The translations under genes were made by a program, and so were the position numbers. The notes below the pieces were generated by a model. It saw only the letters and a program-made list of their open reading frames with translations. It was not told the origin of the DNA and searched no databases. A stretch of DNA of 64,000 nucleotides from Clostridia bacterium (lineage in GTDB: Bacteria > Bacillota > Clostridia > Christensenellales > UBA1242): positions 130,078 to 194,077 of the forward strand of contig JAFQDL010000009.1 of assembly GCA_017399265.1 (NCBI GenBank), written 5' to 3'. Below, one piece after another: positions 1-10,414 of this stretch; within the stretch, counting starts at the first letter, position 1, and each line of letters begins with the position of its first letter.

Positions 1-1
1 G

Positions 2-3000
2 TTGTATGGGACTCCGTTCTATGGCTGCTCTAGCCTTACAAATACGATAGTAGGGACTGGTATTTGGGATAATGAAAATTTGGCCGATGGTGCACCTTTG
101 CCAACATACGATTGGAATTATGCATTTAAAGATACATTGTCTGACAATATTACAGTAACTATAGAAGAAGGGGTTACAACTATTCCTGAACAAGCGATGT
201 ATACACAAAGTATGTATAAACTCGTACTCCCTAGTACGCTGGGCAGTAACATACAAGAAGGTGAGCAAGCTATTGGCAAGGCTGCATTCCTTGGATGCGG
301 CAACCTTGAAACAATCGATTTCTCAAGAGCAGTAAACTTAACTCAAATTTATACGCAAGCATTTTCTAAGTGTTATAGTCTTAGTGAATTGATATTACCT
401 TCAAATATTGAGATATTATCTGAGTCTTCATTTAGTAATTGTACATCACTGGAAACTATAACATTTACAGGCAATGCTTTAGATGCAATAGGTAAGACAG
501 CATTCTACAATTGCCCAAGTCTTACTAATATATATCACTATGAAAATGGTTCCAAAGTAGAAGGATTCCCTACAGGGTTAACTACTATTAGTAAACAGGC
601 GTTTGCATATTGTTCCTCTTTATTAAAAGTACTTCTTCCTAGTACTATTACTGCAATTGGCGAACTTGCTTTTAGTTATTGTCCGTCCATTACTACAATG
701 TCTGTGGCTGTTGATCCTAATATGTCATCTTCAGATGTAGTATATATGAGTGGTGCAAATGGGACAGAATACAATTGTATTATTCATGTAGGAAACAAAG
801 CAATAGCATATGCATGTAAAAATACGACATTCCCTAGCTCTACTTATGTGTTAAGAGTTGGATCATATGCGTATACTGGAAATACAAGTATTACAAGTAT
901 AACTATACCAGCACACATTACAAGAATTGCTAAGTTTGCGTTCCAAGATTGTACTAATCTTAAAAATGTAAAAATTGCAGAAAGCAATTCAAATTTACAA
1001 ATAATAGAAAATGGAGCATTTAGCAACTGCTCATCTTTAGAGACTATTAACTTATATTCTTGTACTAAATTAAGACAAATAGGTACAGTTGATAATGGAT
1101 TAGATTATACATCAGGGGCTTTTTCTAATTGTTCTAAACTTTATCAAATAGGAACTACTCAATATCCTAACAGCCTACCAAATTCTGTAACCACTTTGGG
1201 CGATTATACTTTCTATAAATGTGTTTCATTAGGCCAAGTTAACCTATCTACAAAACTAACGGCTATTGGTAAAAGCGCTTTTTATCAATGTAGTGGATTA
1301 ACCTCTATATCCATACCATCTAGTGTATTAACGATAGGAAATCGTGCTTTTTATCAATGTACAGGTTTACAAACTGCTACTATCTCAGAAGGTGTAGAAA
1401 CAGTTGAAGCTTCTGCTTTCTACGGATGTAAGAACTTGGAAACATTAGTCATCCCTAACAGTATTACAACTATTGGTTCTTCTGCATTCGGCGGTCTAGC
1501 TAGTTTAAAAACAGTAACAATTAATCAAAATGTCTTAAATTATAATTCTGATAGTTCTTCAAACCTAAGTAAAGGCTTTGCGGGGGTGTTTGGATCTACT
1601 AGTGGCGCTAAGACGGTAACAATTGCTGGTGGTGCTACGACTATAAAAGCTCACGCATTTTATAATTGTGCTAATATCATCACTGTTAATCTGCCTAATA
1701 CCGTGGAAAGTATTGATTCACATGCATTTAATGGGTGTACTGGCCTAACTACTATAAACCTTCCCAACTCTTTAAAAACTATATCTAATTTTGCATTTAG
1801 TGGCTGTACGAGTCTTACAAGCATATCTTTACCAGCTTCTGTGACTTCTATAGATGGTAGAGCTTATAATGGCTGTATTAATATTGAGACTATAACTGTG
1901 GCTAGTGGCAATACTATATACAATGATGGCGGTGGTAATAATATTCTTGTTAAAGTTGATGAAAATAGTATTGTTCTTACATGTAAAAACTCAGCAATAC
2001 CGGGCAATGTAAACAAAATTGGCGCTTATGCATATTATAATAGAGACGACTTAACTAGCTTTGTAATACCAGCAAATATAACTAATATAGGAAGCTATGC
2101 ATTCTACTCATGTTCGGAACTTACGAGTCTAACGATTTCAGAGGGAGTGCAGGCTATAGGTTACCAAGCATTCTTTAATTGCAGCAAACTAACAAGTATT
2201 ACTATTCCTTCTAGCATAACATCTGTGGATCAAGCCGCATTTGGAAATTGTACGGGTTTAACAGAAATTGTTGTAGCAGATGGTAATACCAAATATTCTG
2301 ACATGGATTGCAATATTATATATGAGTTGTCTTCAGACAAGCTGATTGCTGCTTGTAATAATTCTTCCATACCTAATACTACAAAGTGGTTAGATAACTA
2401 TTCATTTGCGGGCTTGGATGGTATAACTACACTTGTGTTACCAGACAGCCTTGAGGATATTGGTGGATATGTATTCCAGTACTGTGAGAATTTGGCATCT
2501 ATAACTATCCCTAGCAATGTTACTTATTTAAGGTGGGGTGTGTTTAGAGGTTGTAGTAGTCTTACTACTGTTACAATCAAAGAGGGCTCACAAATAGAGC
2601 ATATTGGACCGCATGCGTTTGATGGTTGCAAGAGCCTAAACAATATCAATTTAGATGTTTGTACTTTACTCGTTGATATACAAGATTACGCATTCTATAA
2701 TTGTGATAATCTTACTACTATTACAATACCTGCAAGTGTCACAACTATAGGACAAGATGCATTTAGTTTTTGTGATAAAATACAAACTATAACGTTTGCT
2801 GCAGGCTCACAACTAACAACAATAGAAGATTCTGCATTCAGTTCATGTGTTGCTTTGACTAAGATAACAATACCAGCTAGCGTAACAAGTATCGGTAAAA
2901 ATGCATTTGTTGGTTGTAGTAAACTAACAAATGTAACATTTGAAAACACGACAGGTTGGTACTACACAAGTACAAGTACTGCTACAAGTGGAACTAGTAT

Positions 3001-3091
3001 TACAGTTACTAATACATCAACCAATGCAACAAATTTAAGAAATAATGGTTCATCTTCTAACTGGGGGCAATATTATTTAAAAAGAAAATAA
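2..3091 (+). CDS. Leucine-rich-repeat (BspA/LRR_5-like) surface protein, N-terminus cut by window edge
   Basis: Frame is open from the window edge (1029 aa). Dozens of ~23-25-aa units fit I.IP.SVT.IG..AF..C..L..I. Thr/Ser-rich C-terminus. A hairpin terminator overlaps the stop. Confidence 0.8.
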   Translation: MYGTPFYGCSSLTNTIVGTGIWDNENLADGAPLPTYDWNYAFKDTLSDNITVTIEEGVTTIPEQAMYTQSMYKLVLPSTLGSNIQEGEQAIGKAAFLGCGNLETIDFSRAVNLTQIYTQAFSKCYSLSELILPSNIEILSESSFSNCTSLETITFTGNALDAIGKTAFYNCPSLTNIYHYENGSKVEGFPTGLTTISKQAFAYCSSLLKVLLPSTITAIGELAFSYCPSITTMSVAVDPNMSSSDVVYMSGANGTEYNCIIHVGNKAIAYACKNTTFPSSTYVLRVGSYAYTGNTSITSITIPAHITRIAKFAFQDCTNLKNVKIAESNSNLQIIENGAFSNCSSLETINLYSCTKLRQIGTVDNGLDYTSGAFSNCSKLYQIGTTQYPNSLPNSVTTLGDYTFYKCVSLGQVNLSTKLTAIGKSAFYQCSGLTSISIPSSVLTIGNRAFYQCTGLQTATISEGVETVEASAFYGCKNLETLVIPNSITTIGSSAFGGLASLKTVTINQNVLNYNSDSSSNLSKGFAGVFGSTSGAKTVTIAGGATTIKAHAFYNCANIITVNLPNTVESIDSHAFNGCTGLTTINLPNSLKTISNFAFSGCTSLTSISLPASVTSIDGRAYNGCINIETITVASGNTIYNDGGGNNILVKVDENSIVLTCKNSAIPGNVNKIGAYAYYNRDDLTSFVIPANITNIGSYAFYSCSELTSLTISEGVQAIGYQAFFNCSKLTSITIPSSITSVDQAAFGNCTGLTEIVVADGNTKYSDMDCNIIYELSSDKLIAACNNSSIPNTTKWLDNYSFAGLDGITTLVLPDSLEDIGGYVFQYCENLASITIPSNVTYLRWGVFRGCSSLTTVTIKEGSQIEHIGPHAFDGCKSLNNINLDVCTLLVDIQDYAFYNCDNLTTITIPASVTTIGQDAFSFCDKIQTITFAAGSQLTTIEDSAFSSCVALTKITIPASVTSIGKNAFVGCSKLTNVTFENTTGWYYTSTSTATSGTSITVTNTSTNATNLRNNGSSSNWGQYYLKRK

Positions 3092-3115
3092 GACTACTAT
3101 TGTAGTCTTATTTTT
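3089..3115 (+). terminator. Intrinsic terminator of LRR gene
   Basis: taagactac / gtagtctta 9-bp stem, tatt loop, then TTTTT. The stop codon lies in the stem. Confidence 0.75.
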
Positions 3116-3338
3116 CTTGATATAGATCCTATTAAGATTTACAATTAAATATTATTAGTAAGAGTAATTGAGCAAAGAAAAAAACAGCACCTTCAGTAGC
3201 GCTGTCTTCTTTGATTTTTGATTTTTAAATAGAATTTTTTTGTTTTAATTTTGTTTTAAAAATTTAATATGATATTAAATTTGTTTAATTAATTTTTTTT
3301 TGTGAGGTCTTAATTACTATAAAACCTGTACCTTGTTC

Positions 3339-3623
3339 TTATTCTCCAACATATGGAATAAGTGCCATGAATCTAGCACGCTTGATAGCAGTAGCTAATT
3401 CTCTTTGGTGCTTTGCGCAAGTACCAGTTTGTCTTCTTGGAAGGATTTTACCTTTCTCAGTGATGTATTTTCTTAATTTGTTAACATCTTTGTAGTCAAT
3501 AGTTTCAACTTTGTCTACGCAGAAAGTGCAAACTTTTCTTCTAGAAGATTTCTTATATTTCTTTGGCGCTGCTTTTTCTTCAACAGGCATTTCTGCCATT
3601 TGATTTTTCATTTCTTCGCTCAT
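3339..3623 (-). CDS. rpsR: 30S ribosomal protein S18
   Basis: 94 aa with the bS18 core CTFC..IDYKD...LRKYI...GKILPRR.TG.CAKHQR.L..AIKRAR. AAGGAG SD upstream. Conserved rpsF-ssb-rpsR order. Confidence 0.95.
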   Translation of the reverse strand: MSEEMKNQMAEMPVEEKAAPKKYKKSSRRKVCTFCVDKVETIDYKDVNKLRKYITEKGKILPRRQTGTCAKHQRELATAIKRARFMALIPYVGE

Positions 3624-3653
3624 CTTAAATCTCCTTATATTCTTATTATTTTA

Positions 3654-4046
3654 TTAGAATGGAAGGCTGTCGTCAGAGATTGGTTCTAATTTTGCTACTT
3701 CTTCTGTAGAGTCAGCTCTTACAGAGTCAGATTTAGTAGATATGAATTCTACTTCTTCTGCAACAACTTCTGTTACATATCTCTTAGTTCCATCATTTGC
3801 ATCATATGATCTAGTTTGGATATTTCCAACTACTGCAGTCTTGCTACCTTTCTTTAAGAATTTGTGGCAGTTGTCTGCTAGGTTTCTCCAAACAACAACA
3901 TTGATAAAATCTGTTTCTCTTTCGCCTTCGGCGTTAGCATATCTTCTTGAGATTGCTAGAGTGAATCTGCATACAGATACACCATTGTTAGTTGTAGTTA
4001 ATTCTGGATCTTTAGTAAGATTACCGATTAATATAACTTTATTCAT
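3654..4046 (-). CDS. ssb: Single-stranded DNA-binding protein
   Basis: 130 aa. OB-fold N-terminus MNKVILIGNLTKDPE. Acidic tail ending DDSLPF. Sits between rpsF and rpsR. Confidence 0.95.
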   Translation of the reverse strand: MNKVILIGNLTKDPELTTTNNGVSVCRFTLAISRRYANAEGERETDFINVVVWRNLADNCHKFLKKGSKTAVVGNIQTRSYDANDGTKRYVTEVVAEEVEFISTKSDSVRADSTEEVAKLEPISDDSLPF

Positions 4047-4094
4047 ATTTTCTCCTTGAATTTTACATTAGACTTATGTAAATTAATTAAAAAA

Positions 4095-4376
4095 CTACTT
4101 CTTTAAGCATAGACATCTAACAACTGATTCGTCTATACGCATAGCAGCTTCGATTGTTTGTGGCAATTTTGCAGGTGCTTCAAATTCTAAAAGCACATAG
4201 TATCCTTCGTTCTTGTAGTTGATAGGATAAGCAAATTTCTTCATGCCCCATTTGTTAACAACAGTCATCTTTCCATCATTTGCTTCAATTATCTTAACAT
4301 ATTTGTCGATTGTAGCTTCTTTAGCCTCATCAGTAAGGCTTGCTGGAAGGATAGTAAGCAATTCGTATTTGTTCAT
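4095..4376 (-). CDS. rpsF: 30S ribosomal protein S6
   Basis: 93 aa starting MNKYELLTIL, with the NKWGMKKFAYPI motif typical of bS6. AAGGAGG SD. Confidence 0.95.
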   Translation of the reverse strand: MNKYELLTILPASLTDEAKEATIDKYVKIIEANDGKMTVVNKWGMKKFAYPINYKNEGYYVLLEFEAPAKLPQTIEAAMRIDESVVRCLCLKK

Positions 4377-4450
4377 TATTTACCTCCTTATGGTCTTATT
4401 CGGACTATTTTATAAATAGCCAAGTCGATAATTTACAATTATCGCTAAGT

Positions 4451-4479
4451 ATTATATCAGATAAATAGCATAATTGCAA
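4451..4479 (-). promoter_or_regulatory. Putative sigma-A promoter of rpsF-ssb-rpsR, followed by a ~65-nt 5' UTR with two hairpins
   Basis: Minus strand reads TTGCAA, 17 nt, TATAAT. The UTR has hairpins at 4426..4444 (cgataatt/aattatcg) and 4402..4421 (bulged 7-bp stem). Confidence 0.55.
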
Positions 4480-4774
4480 CCCTTTTTAAAAATTAAATTT
4501 ACTATTCTATTGTTTTATTTTTTTCAACAAATTATTAATATTTTGTGATTTTATTCAACAAACATTCTAAAATATTAGCAAATATTGCTTGTGATAAAAA
4601 GCAAGATGTTATACACTATTATTATGCGTTCGGCATAAATATTAATAATGATATATAGCAAATAGTATATCAATGTGCTTGAGTATTATATAAGATTTGT
4701 GATATAATATACCAGATAAAAAAGTATTTATCTGCTGCAAGTATTTGCAAAAAAAACAAAATAAGAGGTTTCTA

Positions 4775-5575
4775 ATGGAAGCGAAAAATCCGGTTACGAC
4801 CAATTTGTTGGCCATTGCTAGTCATCATGACGATATTGAAATAATGGCGATGGACGGAATATTAAAGGCGTATGGAAGCAAAAAATATGCATTTTATGGC
4901 TGTGTGGTAGGCGATGGTTCTACTTGTAATAAAAGCGGTAAATATGCGGAATTAAATGATAAAGACATGATGGAAGTGCGTAATCAAGAACAGATTAGGG
5001 CAAGTGAAATAGGAGAGTATTCTAAACTATATCTTTTAAAGCACACGCCTAATGAAATCGTTGATGCGGAAAATAAGTCTATTATCAAAGATATCAAGAA
5101 GATAATCGAGGAATTAAATCCCGATGTTATTTATACACATAATGTTTTTGACCAAAATCCTTCGCACAGAGCATTGACACTAAAAGTGATTGATGCAATA
5201 ATGGATATGCCAGAAGAATTAAGACCGAGACTACTTTATGGTTGTGAAGTGTTTAGGGGGCTTGATTGGTTGCCAGATAGATACAAGGTAACCTTTGATT
5301 TGTCCGAGAATAAGGAATTGCAAAATAGATTAATTGGTGTTTACGACTCTAGAGCAGAAGGTTTTAAAGATTACACAAAAGCAGTTATGGGTAGAAAATT
5401 ATCTAATGCTACATTAGAATACAATGCGGCTAGCGAGACGGAAGATAAGCTAATATGGTATGGTATAAATTTAACATCAGTTATCCAAAAGAATATCCCT
5501 ATTAAAGAATTCTGCGTCAAAGTCTTAGGTGACTTTAACAAAGAATTGCTTGACGGATTAGAAATAAGTGAGTAA
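4775..5575 (+). CDS. PIG-L/LmbE-family deacetylase
   Basis: AIASHHDDIEIMA matches the PIG-L (A)HPDD-type metal motif region. Start moved to the ATG at 4775, which follows an AAGAGG SD. The tracked start at 4745 is TTG with no SD. Confidence 0.7.
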   Translation: MEAKNPVTTNLLAIASHHDDIEIMAMDGILKAYGSKKYAFYGCVVGDGSTCNKSGKYAELNDKDMMEVRNQEQIRASEIGEYSKLYLLKHTPNEIVDAENKSIIKDIKKIIEELNPDVIYTHNVFDQNPSHRALTLKVIDAIMDMPEELRPRLLYGCEVFRGLDWLPDRYKVTFDLSENKELQNRLIGVYDSRAEGFKDYTKAVMGRKLSNATLEYNAASETEDKLIWYGINLTSVIQKNIPIKEFCVKVLGDFNKELLDGLEISE

Positions 5576-5580
5576 AAAAA

Positions 5581-5608
5581 ATAACTACTTTTTTAGTAGT
5601 TATTTTTT
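5581..5608. terminator. Bidirectional terminator between convergent genes
   Basis: ataactact / agtagttat stem, flanked by an A-run upstream and a T-run downstream. Confidence 0.75.
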
Positions 5609-5628
5609 ACATCATATGTTAAAAACGG

Positions 5629-6081
5629 CTATTTTGCCGTTTTTTTAGTAGTAATTTTCTTTTTTGCTAATGGTTTACCGTCTTTACTGCAAACATGCTC
5701 ACATTGTTCTGTGGTTGTTTCTACACATTTTGTATTTTCATTGTTAGAAACTTTATTTGACTCCTCATTCGCTTTTTTAAAGGTTTCACTTAATTCTGTT
5801 TCGTTAGATTTGTTATCTTTAATTTCTTCATCTATTATATTTTTAGCATTGGCACGTTCCTGCTTTAGTGTTTTTTTCAAGGCTTTAAAGTATGCTTTCT
5901 GTGCTTTTTCTAGTACTTTAATAATATATTCGTTGTGAACGCCTAAAAACGATGTGCCTATCTTACCTTCGTTAGTAAGTACAATATTAAGTACGGTGCA
6001 GCAGTTCTCATCAAATAGTATTCCGTCTTGTTTGCTTTTTATAATAACATTTATATCATTATCAATATGACTTAAATCCAT
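5629..6081 (-). CDS. Hypothetical protein with Lys/Glu-rich C-terminal half
   Basis: 150-aa ORF. It abuts ychF (10-nt gap) on the same strand. I recognise no family. Confidence 0.5.
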   Translation of the reverse strand: MDLSHIDNDINVIIKSKQDGILFDENCCTVLNIVLTNEGKIGTSFLGVHNEYIIKVLEKAQKAYFKALKKTLKQERANAKNIIDEEIKDNKSNETELSETFKKANEESNKVSNNENTKCVETTTEQCEHVCSKDGKPLAKKKITTKKTAK

Positions 6082-6091
6082 TCATTACTCC

Positions 6092-7192
6092 TTAAACGTT
6101 AAATCTAAATAGTACAACATCTCCGTCTTTTACAATATATTCTTTACCTTCTATTCTAACAAGCCCTTTTTCTTTGGCTGCGGCAATTGATCCACAAGAT
6201 ATCAACTCTTCGTATGATATTACCTCTGCTTTAATAAAGCCTCTTTCGAAATCGCTATGAATTTTACCGGCAGCTTGCGGAGCCTTTGTGCCATTTACAA
6301 TTGTCCAAGCTCTTACTTCTTTTTCGCCTGCGGTTAGATAACTAATTAATCCTAATATCTTATATCCAGCTAATATTAGTTTGTCCAATCCAAAAGAGTC
6401 TATTCCTAAATCATCTTTAAATAGTTCCAATTCTTCTTCAGACATATCGGACAATTCTTCTTCCATTCTTGCACAAATAGTTATACATTCGTTGCCTTCC
6501 GATTGCGCAAAATCTGCAACCTGCTTTGCTAAATTCAAGTCTATGCTATCTGGATTGCCAAGTCCGCTTTCGGAAATGTTAGCACAATAGATAATTGGCT
6601 TAGAAGTAATTAGGAAAAAACTATTAATTAATTCCTTTTCTTCTTTTGTAGCATTATAACTTCTAACAGGCTTTTCATTTTCCAAAACTTCTTTTAGTTT
6701 ACCCAATAATTCTACTTCTGCAGCAAGTTTTTTGTCTCCGCCTCTTAGACTTTTTAGAGACTTATCATATCTTTTAGTTACCATCTCTAAGTCTGCCAAT
6801 ATTAGTTCCAAATTAATATCTTTAATATCTTGTAATGGATCGATTTTCCCTTCTACGTGAATTATTTTGCTGTTTTCAAAGCATCTTACCACATGGATTA
6901 TTGCGTCTACTTCTCTAATATGGCTCAAGAATTTATTTCCCAAACCTTCACCCTTGCTAGCTCCTTTTACTAGGCCCGCTATATCTACTACTTCTAAAGT
7001 TGCAGGTGTGATTTTTTGAGTACTATATAGATTACCTAGAACATCTAAACGAGAATCTGGTACGTTTACAATTGCCACATTTGGTTCGATTGTACAAAAC
7101 GGATAATTTTCACTTGGTATGTGATTTTTTGTAATTGCGTTAAATAAAGTACTTTTGCCTACATTTGGTAGTCCTACAATACCTACTTTCAT
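6092..7192 (-). CDS. ychF: Redox-regulated ATPase YchF (Obg-family GTPase/ATPase)
   Basis: 366 aa. Has GIVGLPNVGKSTLFNA P-loop, FCTIEPN, DIAGLVKGAS and a TGS-like C-terminus (DGDVVLFRFNV). Confidence 0.95.
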   Translation of the reverse strand: MKVGIVGLPNVGKSTLFNAITKNHIPSENYPFCTIEPNVAIVNVPDSRLDVLGNLYSTQKITPATLEVVDIAGLVKGASKGEGLGNKFLSHIREVDAIIHVVRCFENSKIIHVEGKIDPLQDIKDINLELILADLEMVTKRYDKSLKSLRGGDKKLAAEVELLGKLKEVLENEKPVRSYNATKEEKELINSFFLITSKPIIYCANISESGLGNPDSIDLNLAKQVADFAQSEGNECITICARMEEELSDMSEEELELFKDDLGIDSFGLDKLILAGYKILGLISYLTAGEKEVRAWTIVNGTKAPQAAGKIHSDFERGFIKAEVISYEELISCGSIAAAKEKGLVRIEGKEYIVKDGDVVLFRFNV

Positions 7193-7283
7193 TATGTCAC
7201 CTCTAAATAATTTATCAACCTATTCTAACAGATTAATAAGAATTAAACAAGTACTTTAATAACTTTTAGTATGAAATAAAAAA

Positions 7284-7310
7284 ATCCACAATTTTATTCT
7301 AATTGTGGAT
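7284..7310 (-). terminator. Intrinsic terminator of 7316..7960 gene. Arms are identical to the palindrome at 35675..35699.
   Basis: atccacaatt-N7-aattgtggat hairpin, followed on the minus strand by a T-run (the A-run at 7278..7283 on plus). Confidence 0.7.
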
Positions 7311-7315
7311 AACTC

Positions 7316-7960
7316 TTATTTAATAATTCTCCATTTCCAAAGCCAAGGTGTTTGAGTGGCTTTGCCACGCAATACTTGGACAATCTGGAATACTTTAGTT
7401 ATAGTAGTAAGAATTATAATTCCTATACCAAGCAATACTAATCCGTGTGCAATAATTTCTTGTGCTGGCGGGAATTTTATTAATTTGCCACATGCAATCG
7501 CAGCTACTGCAATAACATCAAACAAAAATATTTCCAATGCCTCGTTTACATGTAGTCTTACGAATGAACTTTTTCTGTTTATAAACAATGGAATAAAAAA
7601 CAAAAGGTAAGCAAGCCAAGTATACTTCTTTTCAGATTTAACATTGTCTTGTTTTATTTCCTTGTATTCGTTTACTAAATTGGAGTCAAGCTCATTATCA
7701 TTTAACTCATAATCTACAGCGACTTGAGGAGATTGTTGAGAATTTTCCAAAGGAACAGGCCCTTTAGCGCTTGTCTCCATATCCAAATCAACATATTTCT
7801 CAGTAGTGGTTGCTTCTGGTTTTTCAGATCTAACTACATTGATAGATTGTTGTAATCTTTGAAATGCGGAGTTTAAACTATTAACTTTTTTTACTTGGTT
7901 TTTATTGGTAGATTCTATTGTCTCTGTGGTAGAATTATGATTTTCAAACTGATTATCCAT
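7316..7960 (-). CDS. Membrane protein, DUF4870-like C-terminal 3-TM domain with polar low-complexity N-terminus
   Basis: 214 aa. The C-terminal half (YTWLAYLLFFIPLFINRKSSFVRLHVNEALEIF...) resembles the DUF4870 pattern. Family call is from memory only. Confidence 0.55.
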   Translation of the reverse strand: MDNQFENHNSTTETIESTNKNQVKKVNSLNSAFQRLQQSINVVRSEKPEATTTEKYVDLDMETSAKGPVPLENSQQSPQVAVDYELNDNELDSNLVNEYKEIKQDNVKSEKKYTWLAYLLFFIPLFINRKSSFVRLHVNEALEIFLFDVIAVAAIACGKLIKFPPAQEIIAHGLVLLGIGIIILTTITKVFQIVQVLRGKATQTPWLWKWRIIK

Positions 7961-8047
7961 AGTACTCCTTAATGATAATTTTTTAATAGTATAACTTAAA
8001 TTTAAACAATTACAAAATATTTTTTTTGCAATTTAATTTTTTAAAAA

Positions 8048-8833
8048 CTATATTTTGAATATTGTTAATATTATTACTAAAAATATTAAATAAAAAGAGA
8101 AGTAATATAGCTTTCCCTTGTTAACCAACTTTGTCATCAGTTTGATGCTGGCAAGGCCAACAACAAATGCGATTATAAAAGACATTACAACGGGTATTAT
8201 TTCAAAATTGATAGGCGTCTTTAATGTTATACATTCAATAATTTCCATTATCAAGGATGCAAACACAATAGGTATTGATATTAGAAAACTATATTTTGTT
8301 GCATCTTCTTTGCGCACGTTACATAGCAGTGCACAAGCGATAGTGGTGCCACTACGACTAATAGCAGGAAAGCATGCTATAGCTTGAGATACACCTATTG
8401 CGAAGGCTGACTTTTTATTAATGTCTAGGTTACGTATATCAATGCTGGATAAATGGGCGTTTTTATGTAAAATTTGTGAAACAAACAAAATAATTGCTGT
8501 AATTATAAATCCGATATTTAGCCATCTGCCATCGAATGATGATTCAATAATTGGCTTGATAAATAGAACAATTGTACACGTGGTAATAGTTGTAATTAAA
8601 AGATTTATATTCGTTTTACAAAAAGGTTTTTTTATTAGTTTGACGAGGTCGTTCCAATAATATATCAATATTGATAGTAACGTGGCCGCATGTAGAACAA
8701 CGCTTAATAAAATAGTGTTTTCTTCTATATTAAATATTTTGTATAACAAAACCAAGTGTCCGCTACTACTAATTGGTAAAAATTCAGTAACACCTTGTAT
8801 AATTGCAAGTAAAATTAATATCCAAATTGTCAT
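8048..8833 (-). CDS. uppP: Undecaprenyl-diphosphate phosphatase
   Basis: 261 aa, polytopic. N-terminal GVTEFLPISSSGHL and central SRSG motifs are typical of UppP/BacA. Confidence 0.9.
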   Translation of the reverse strand: MTIWILILLAIIQGVTEFLPISSSGHLVLLYKIFNIEENTILLSVVLHAATLLSILIYYWNDLVKLIKKPFCKTNINLLITTITTCTIVLFIKPIIESSFDGRWLNIGFIITAIILFVSQILHKNAHLSSIDIRNLDINKKSAFAIGVSQAIACFPAISRSGTTIACALLCNVRKEDATKYSFLISIPIVFASLIMEIIECITLKTPINFEIIPVVMSFIIAFVVGLASIKLMTKLVNKGKLYYFSFYLIFLVIILTIFKI

Positions 8834-8849
8834 AACTACTCCTTAAAAA

Positions 8850-8872
8850 AACTACTCTAATATAGAGTAGTT
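8850..8872 (-). terminator. Intrinsic terminator of 8916..10352 gene
   Basis: aactactcta / tagagtagtt 10-bp stem. The A-run on plus is a T-run on minus after the stem. Confidence 0.7.
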
Positions 8873-8915
8873 ATTTTTATTATACGAAGTATTGAAGTAT
8901 ATAATTCCTAAATTA

Positions 8916-10352
8916 TTATTTTTCCATGGAGAACTCAAATGCACCATTAAGGTCGCATTGGTTGAATATTTCTGCGCTTTCTTTTACCTTCTCTTTGGCT
9001 ATTAACAAATCTATTAAAGGTTTGTTTTGTGACGCCTTTAACGATTCGGCCTCATATCTTTTAGAATATTCTGGTGCAAACTCTCTCATAAAATATGTAA
9101 GAGATATTGGATACAAGTAATTCAGATATTTACCTGTAGTTCCCTCATCTATTTTGTTAGGGGAGTACTTGCTTTTCTTTACAATGTTTGCTTGTTCTTT
9201 GTATTTTGTGTTTAGTACTTTTTTTGTTGTTTCAAATTGTAAAGCTGTTTCATCTTTTCCTAGCGCTAATTCGCATGCGGAAATTATTTCATCTTCTTCT
9301 AAATGTGATAGGAATTTCAACATAAGGGGTACAGTATTTGTCTTACCAAAAGTTTCTTTGAATGACTTTGCTACACTTTCCACTTGTTTACGACTATGCT
9401 CATATGCAAAATAATTTATAAGATGACATGCGGACGGATTGCTGTGTTTTAACATTTTTTGGATCCAATGAGTATGAGAGTCAAAATTATCTAAAAATCT
9501 TTGCCCCTCAAGATGTGTCAATATCTCTATATGAGTGTAATCATTATTAGGGATAGTATCTAAAATATACTGATTATAGTTTTTAATAACTTCTTTTAAG
9601 TTTTGTAATACTTTAGGCTTTAATATTAGATCTTGAAATCCTCTACATGTACTTTCAAAAAATTCTTCTTTTTCGTCTTCCAAATACGATGTTAATTTTA
9701 CTAGCAATTCCTGATACTTTTCTTCTGGCTGCAGTTTTGAAATGTCGATTATTAAAGATTGTAATTCGCCCAAAGAAGTGTAGTAAGCATCGTGTTCGCA
9801 ACCAGAAAGTATATATAGGGCATATTGCAAGTCTTCGTTTTCTCGTATTTCAGGTAGTTCTTCTAGCGCTGCAGTACTCTCATAAATATTGCCTACAAAA
9901 TTCGCTTTTTTCTTAGAGTGCTTGCTTATTTCTTGAGCATGATGGGTTATTTCGTGTAAAGAAGTAAGTAGCATACTTGCGGGATTGTCACTTAGTAGGG
10001 TTTTAATATTTAATTTCATTAAGTCTGGTAGATATGTGCCATGATTACTTTCTGAAGATGGTAAAAGACCGAACTGGATAGAAGGGCACCTTAATTCAGC
10101 AAGGTTATAAGATACATAATCTTCTGCAAGTTGTCGTCTCTCAAATAGATCCATATATTCCCACAATACAAGACGAGCAAGTATATCTGCCTTTAAGGTG
10201 TCATTATCTTTGCTAGCTGTTATTAACTTGCTTTTTGTGTAGTGGTTGGATTTTTTATCTTTATACTTGATATAAAAACCTTCAAAATCTAAATATTGTA
10301 GTTTTGGTCGCTGTTTTCTTAGTTCTTCTATTGTATATTTTGTATCTCTCAT
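8916..10352 (-). CDS. Hypothetical protein with HExxH motif (possible metallopeptidase-like)
   Basis: 478-aa ORF. Its only recognisable signature is LHEITHHAQE (HExxH). Confidence 0.5.
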   Translation of the reverse strand: MRDTKYTIEELRKQRPKLQYLDFEGFYIKYKDKKSNHYTKSKLITASKDNDTLKADILARLVLWEYMDLFERRQLAEDYVSYNLAELRCPSIQFGLLPSSESNHGTYLPDLMKLNIKTLLSDNPASMLLTSLHEITHHAQEISKHSKKKANFVGNIYESTAALEELPEIRENEDLQYALYILSGCEHDAYYTSLGELQSLIIDISKLQPEEKYQELLVKLTSYLEDEKEEFFESTCRGFQDLILKPKVLQNLKEVIKNYNQYILDTIPNNDYTHIEILTHLEGQRFLDNFDSHTHWIQKMLKHSNPSACHLINYFAYEHSRKQVESVAKSFKETFGKTNTVPLMLKFLSHLEEDEIISACELALGKDETALQFETTKKVLNTKYKEQANIVKKSKYSPNKIDEGTTGKYLNYLYPISLTYFMREFAPEYSKRYEAESLKASQNKPLIDLLIAKEKVKESAEIFNQCDLNGAFEFSMEK

Positions 10353-10414
10353 TACATGTATCCTTTTAATACTAAAAGTATAACACAGAAAATCATCTTG
10401 TCAAGAGGGGATTT

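Noticed and set aside
3742-4059. Many 60-150-aa ORFs in the track lie antisense to or out of frame within strong genes. Examples: 118..303, 844..1026, 2695..2949, 3742..4059, 5711..5938, 6381..6590, 7356..7610, 8118..8387, 13509..13817, 19614..20066, 21840..22298, 29593..29925, 31179..31583, 36113..36547, 38212..38619, 50772..51065, 55879..56145, 62858..63172.
   Set aside because: Each is fully embedded in a longer ORF that has clear family motifs. They have no SD, and their translations are low-complexity (Ser/Ile/Leu/Phe-rich), as expected for the shadow of AT-rich coding sequence.
4745-4774. N-terminal extensions in the ORF track. Examples: 4745, 13477, 14206, 23462, 32907, 37825, 48356, 53412, 58673, 59604, 11296.
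   Set aside because: In each case an internal ATG is preceded at 5-10 nt by an AGGAGG-type SD. The extended start is non-ATG or lacks an SD, so the starts were trimmed accordingly.
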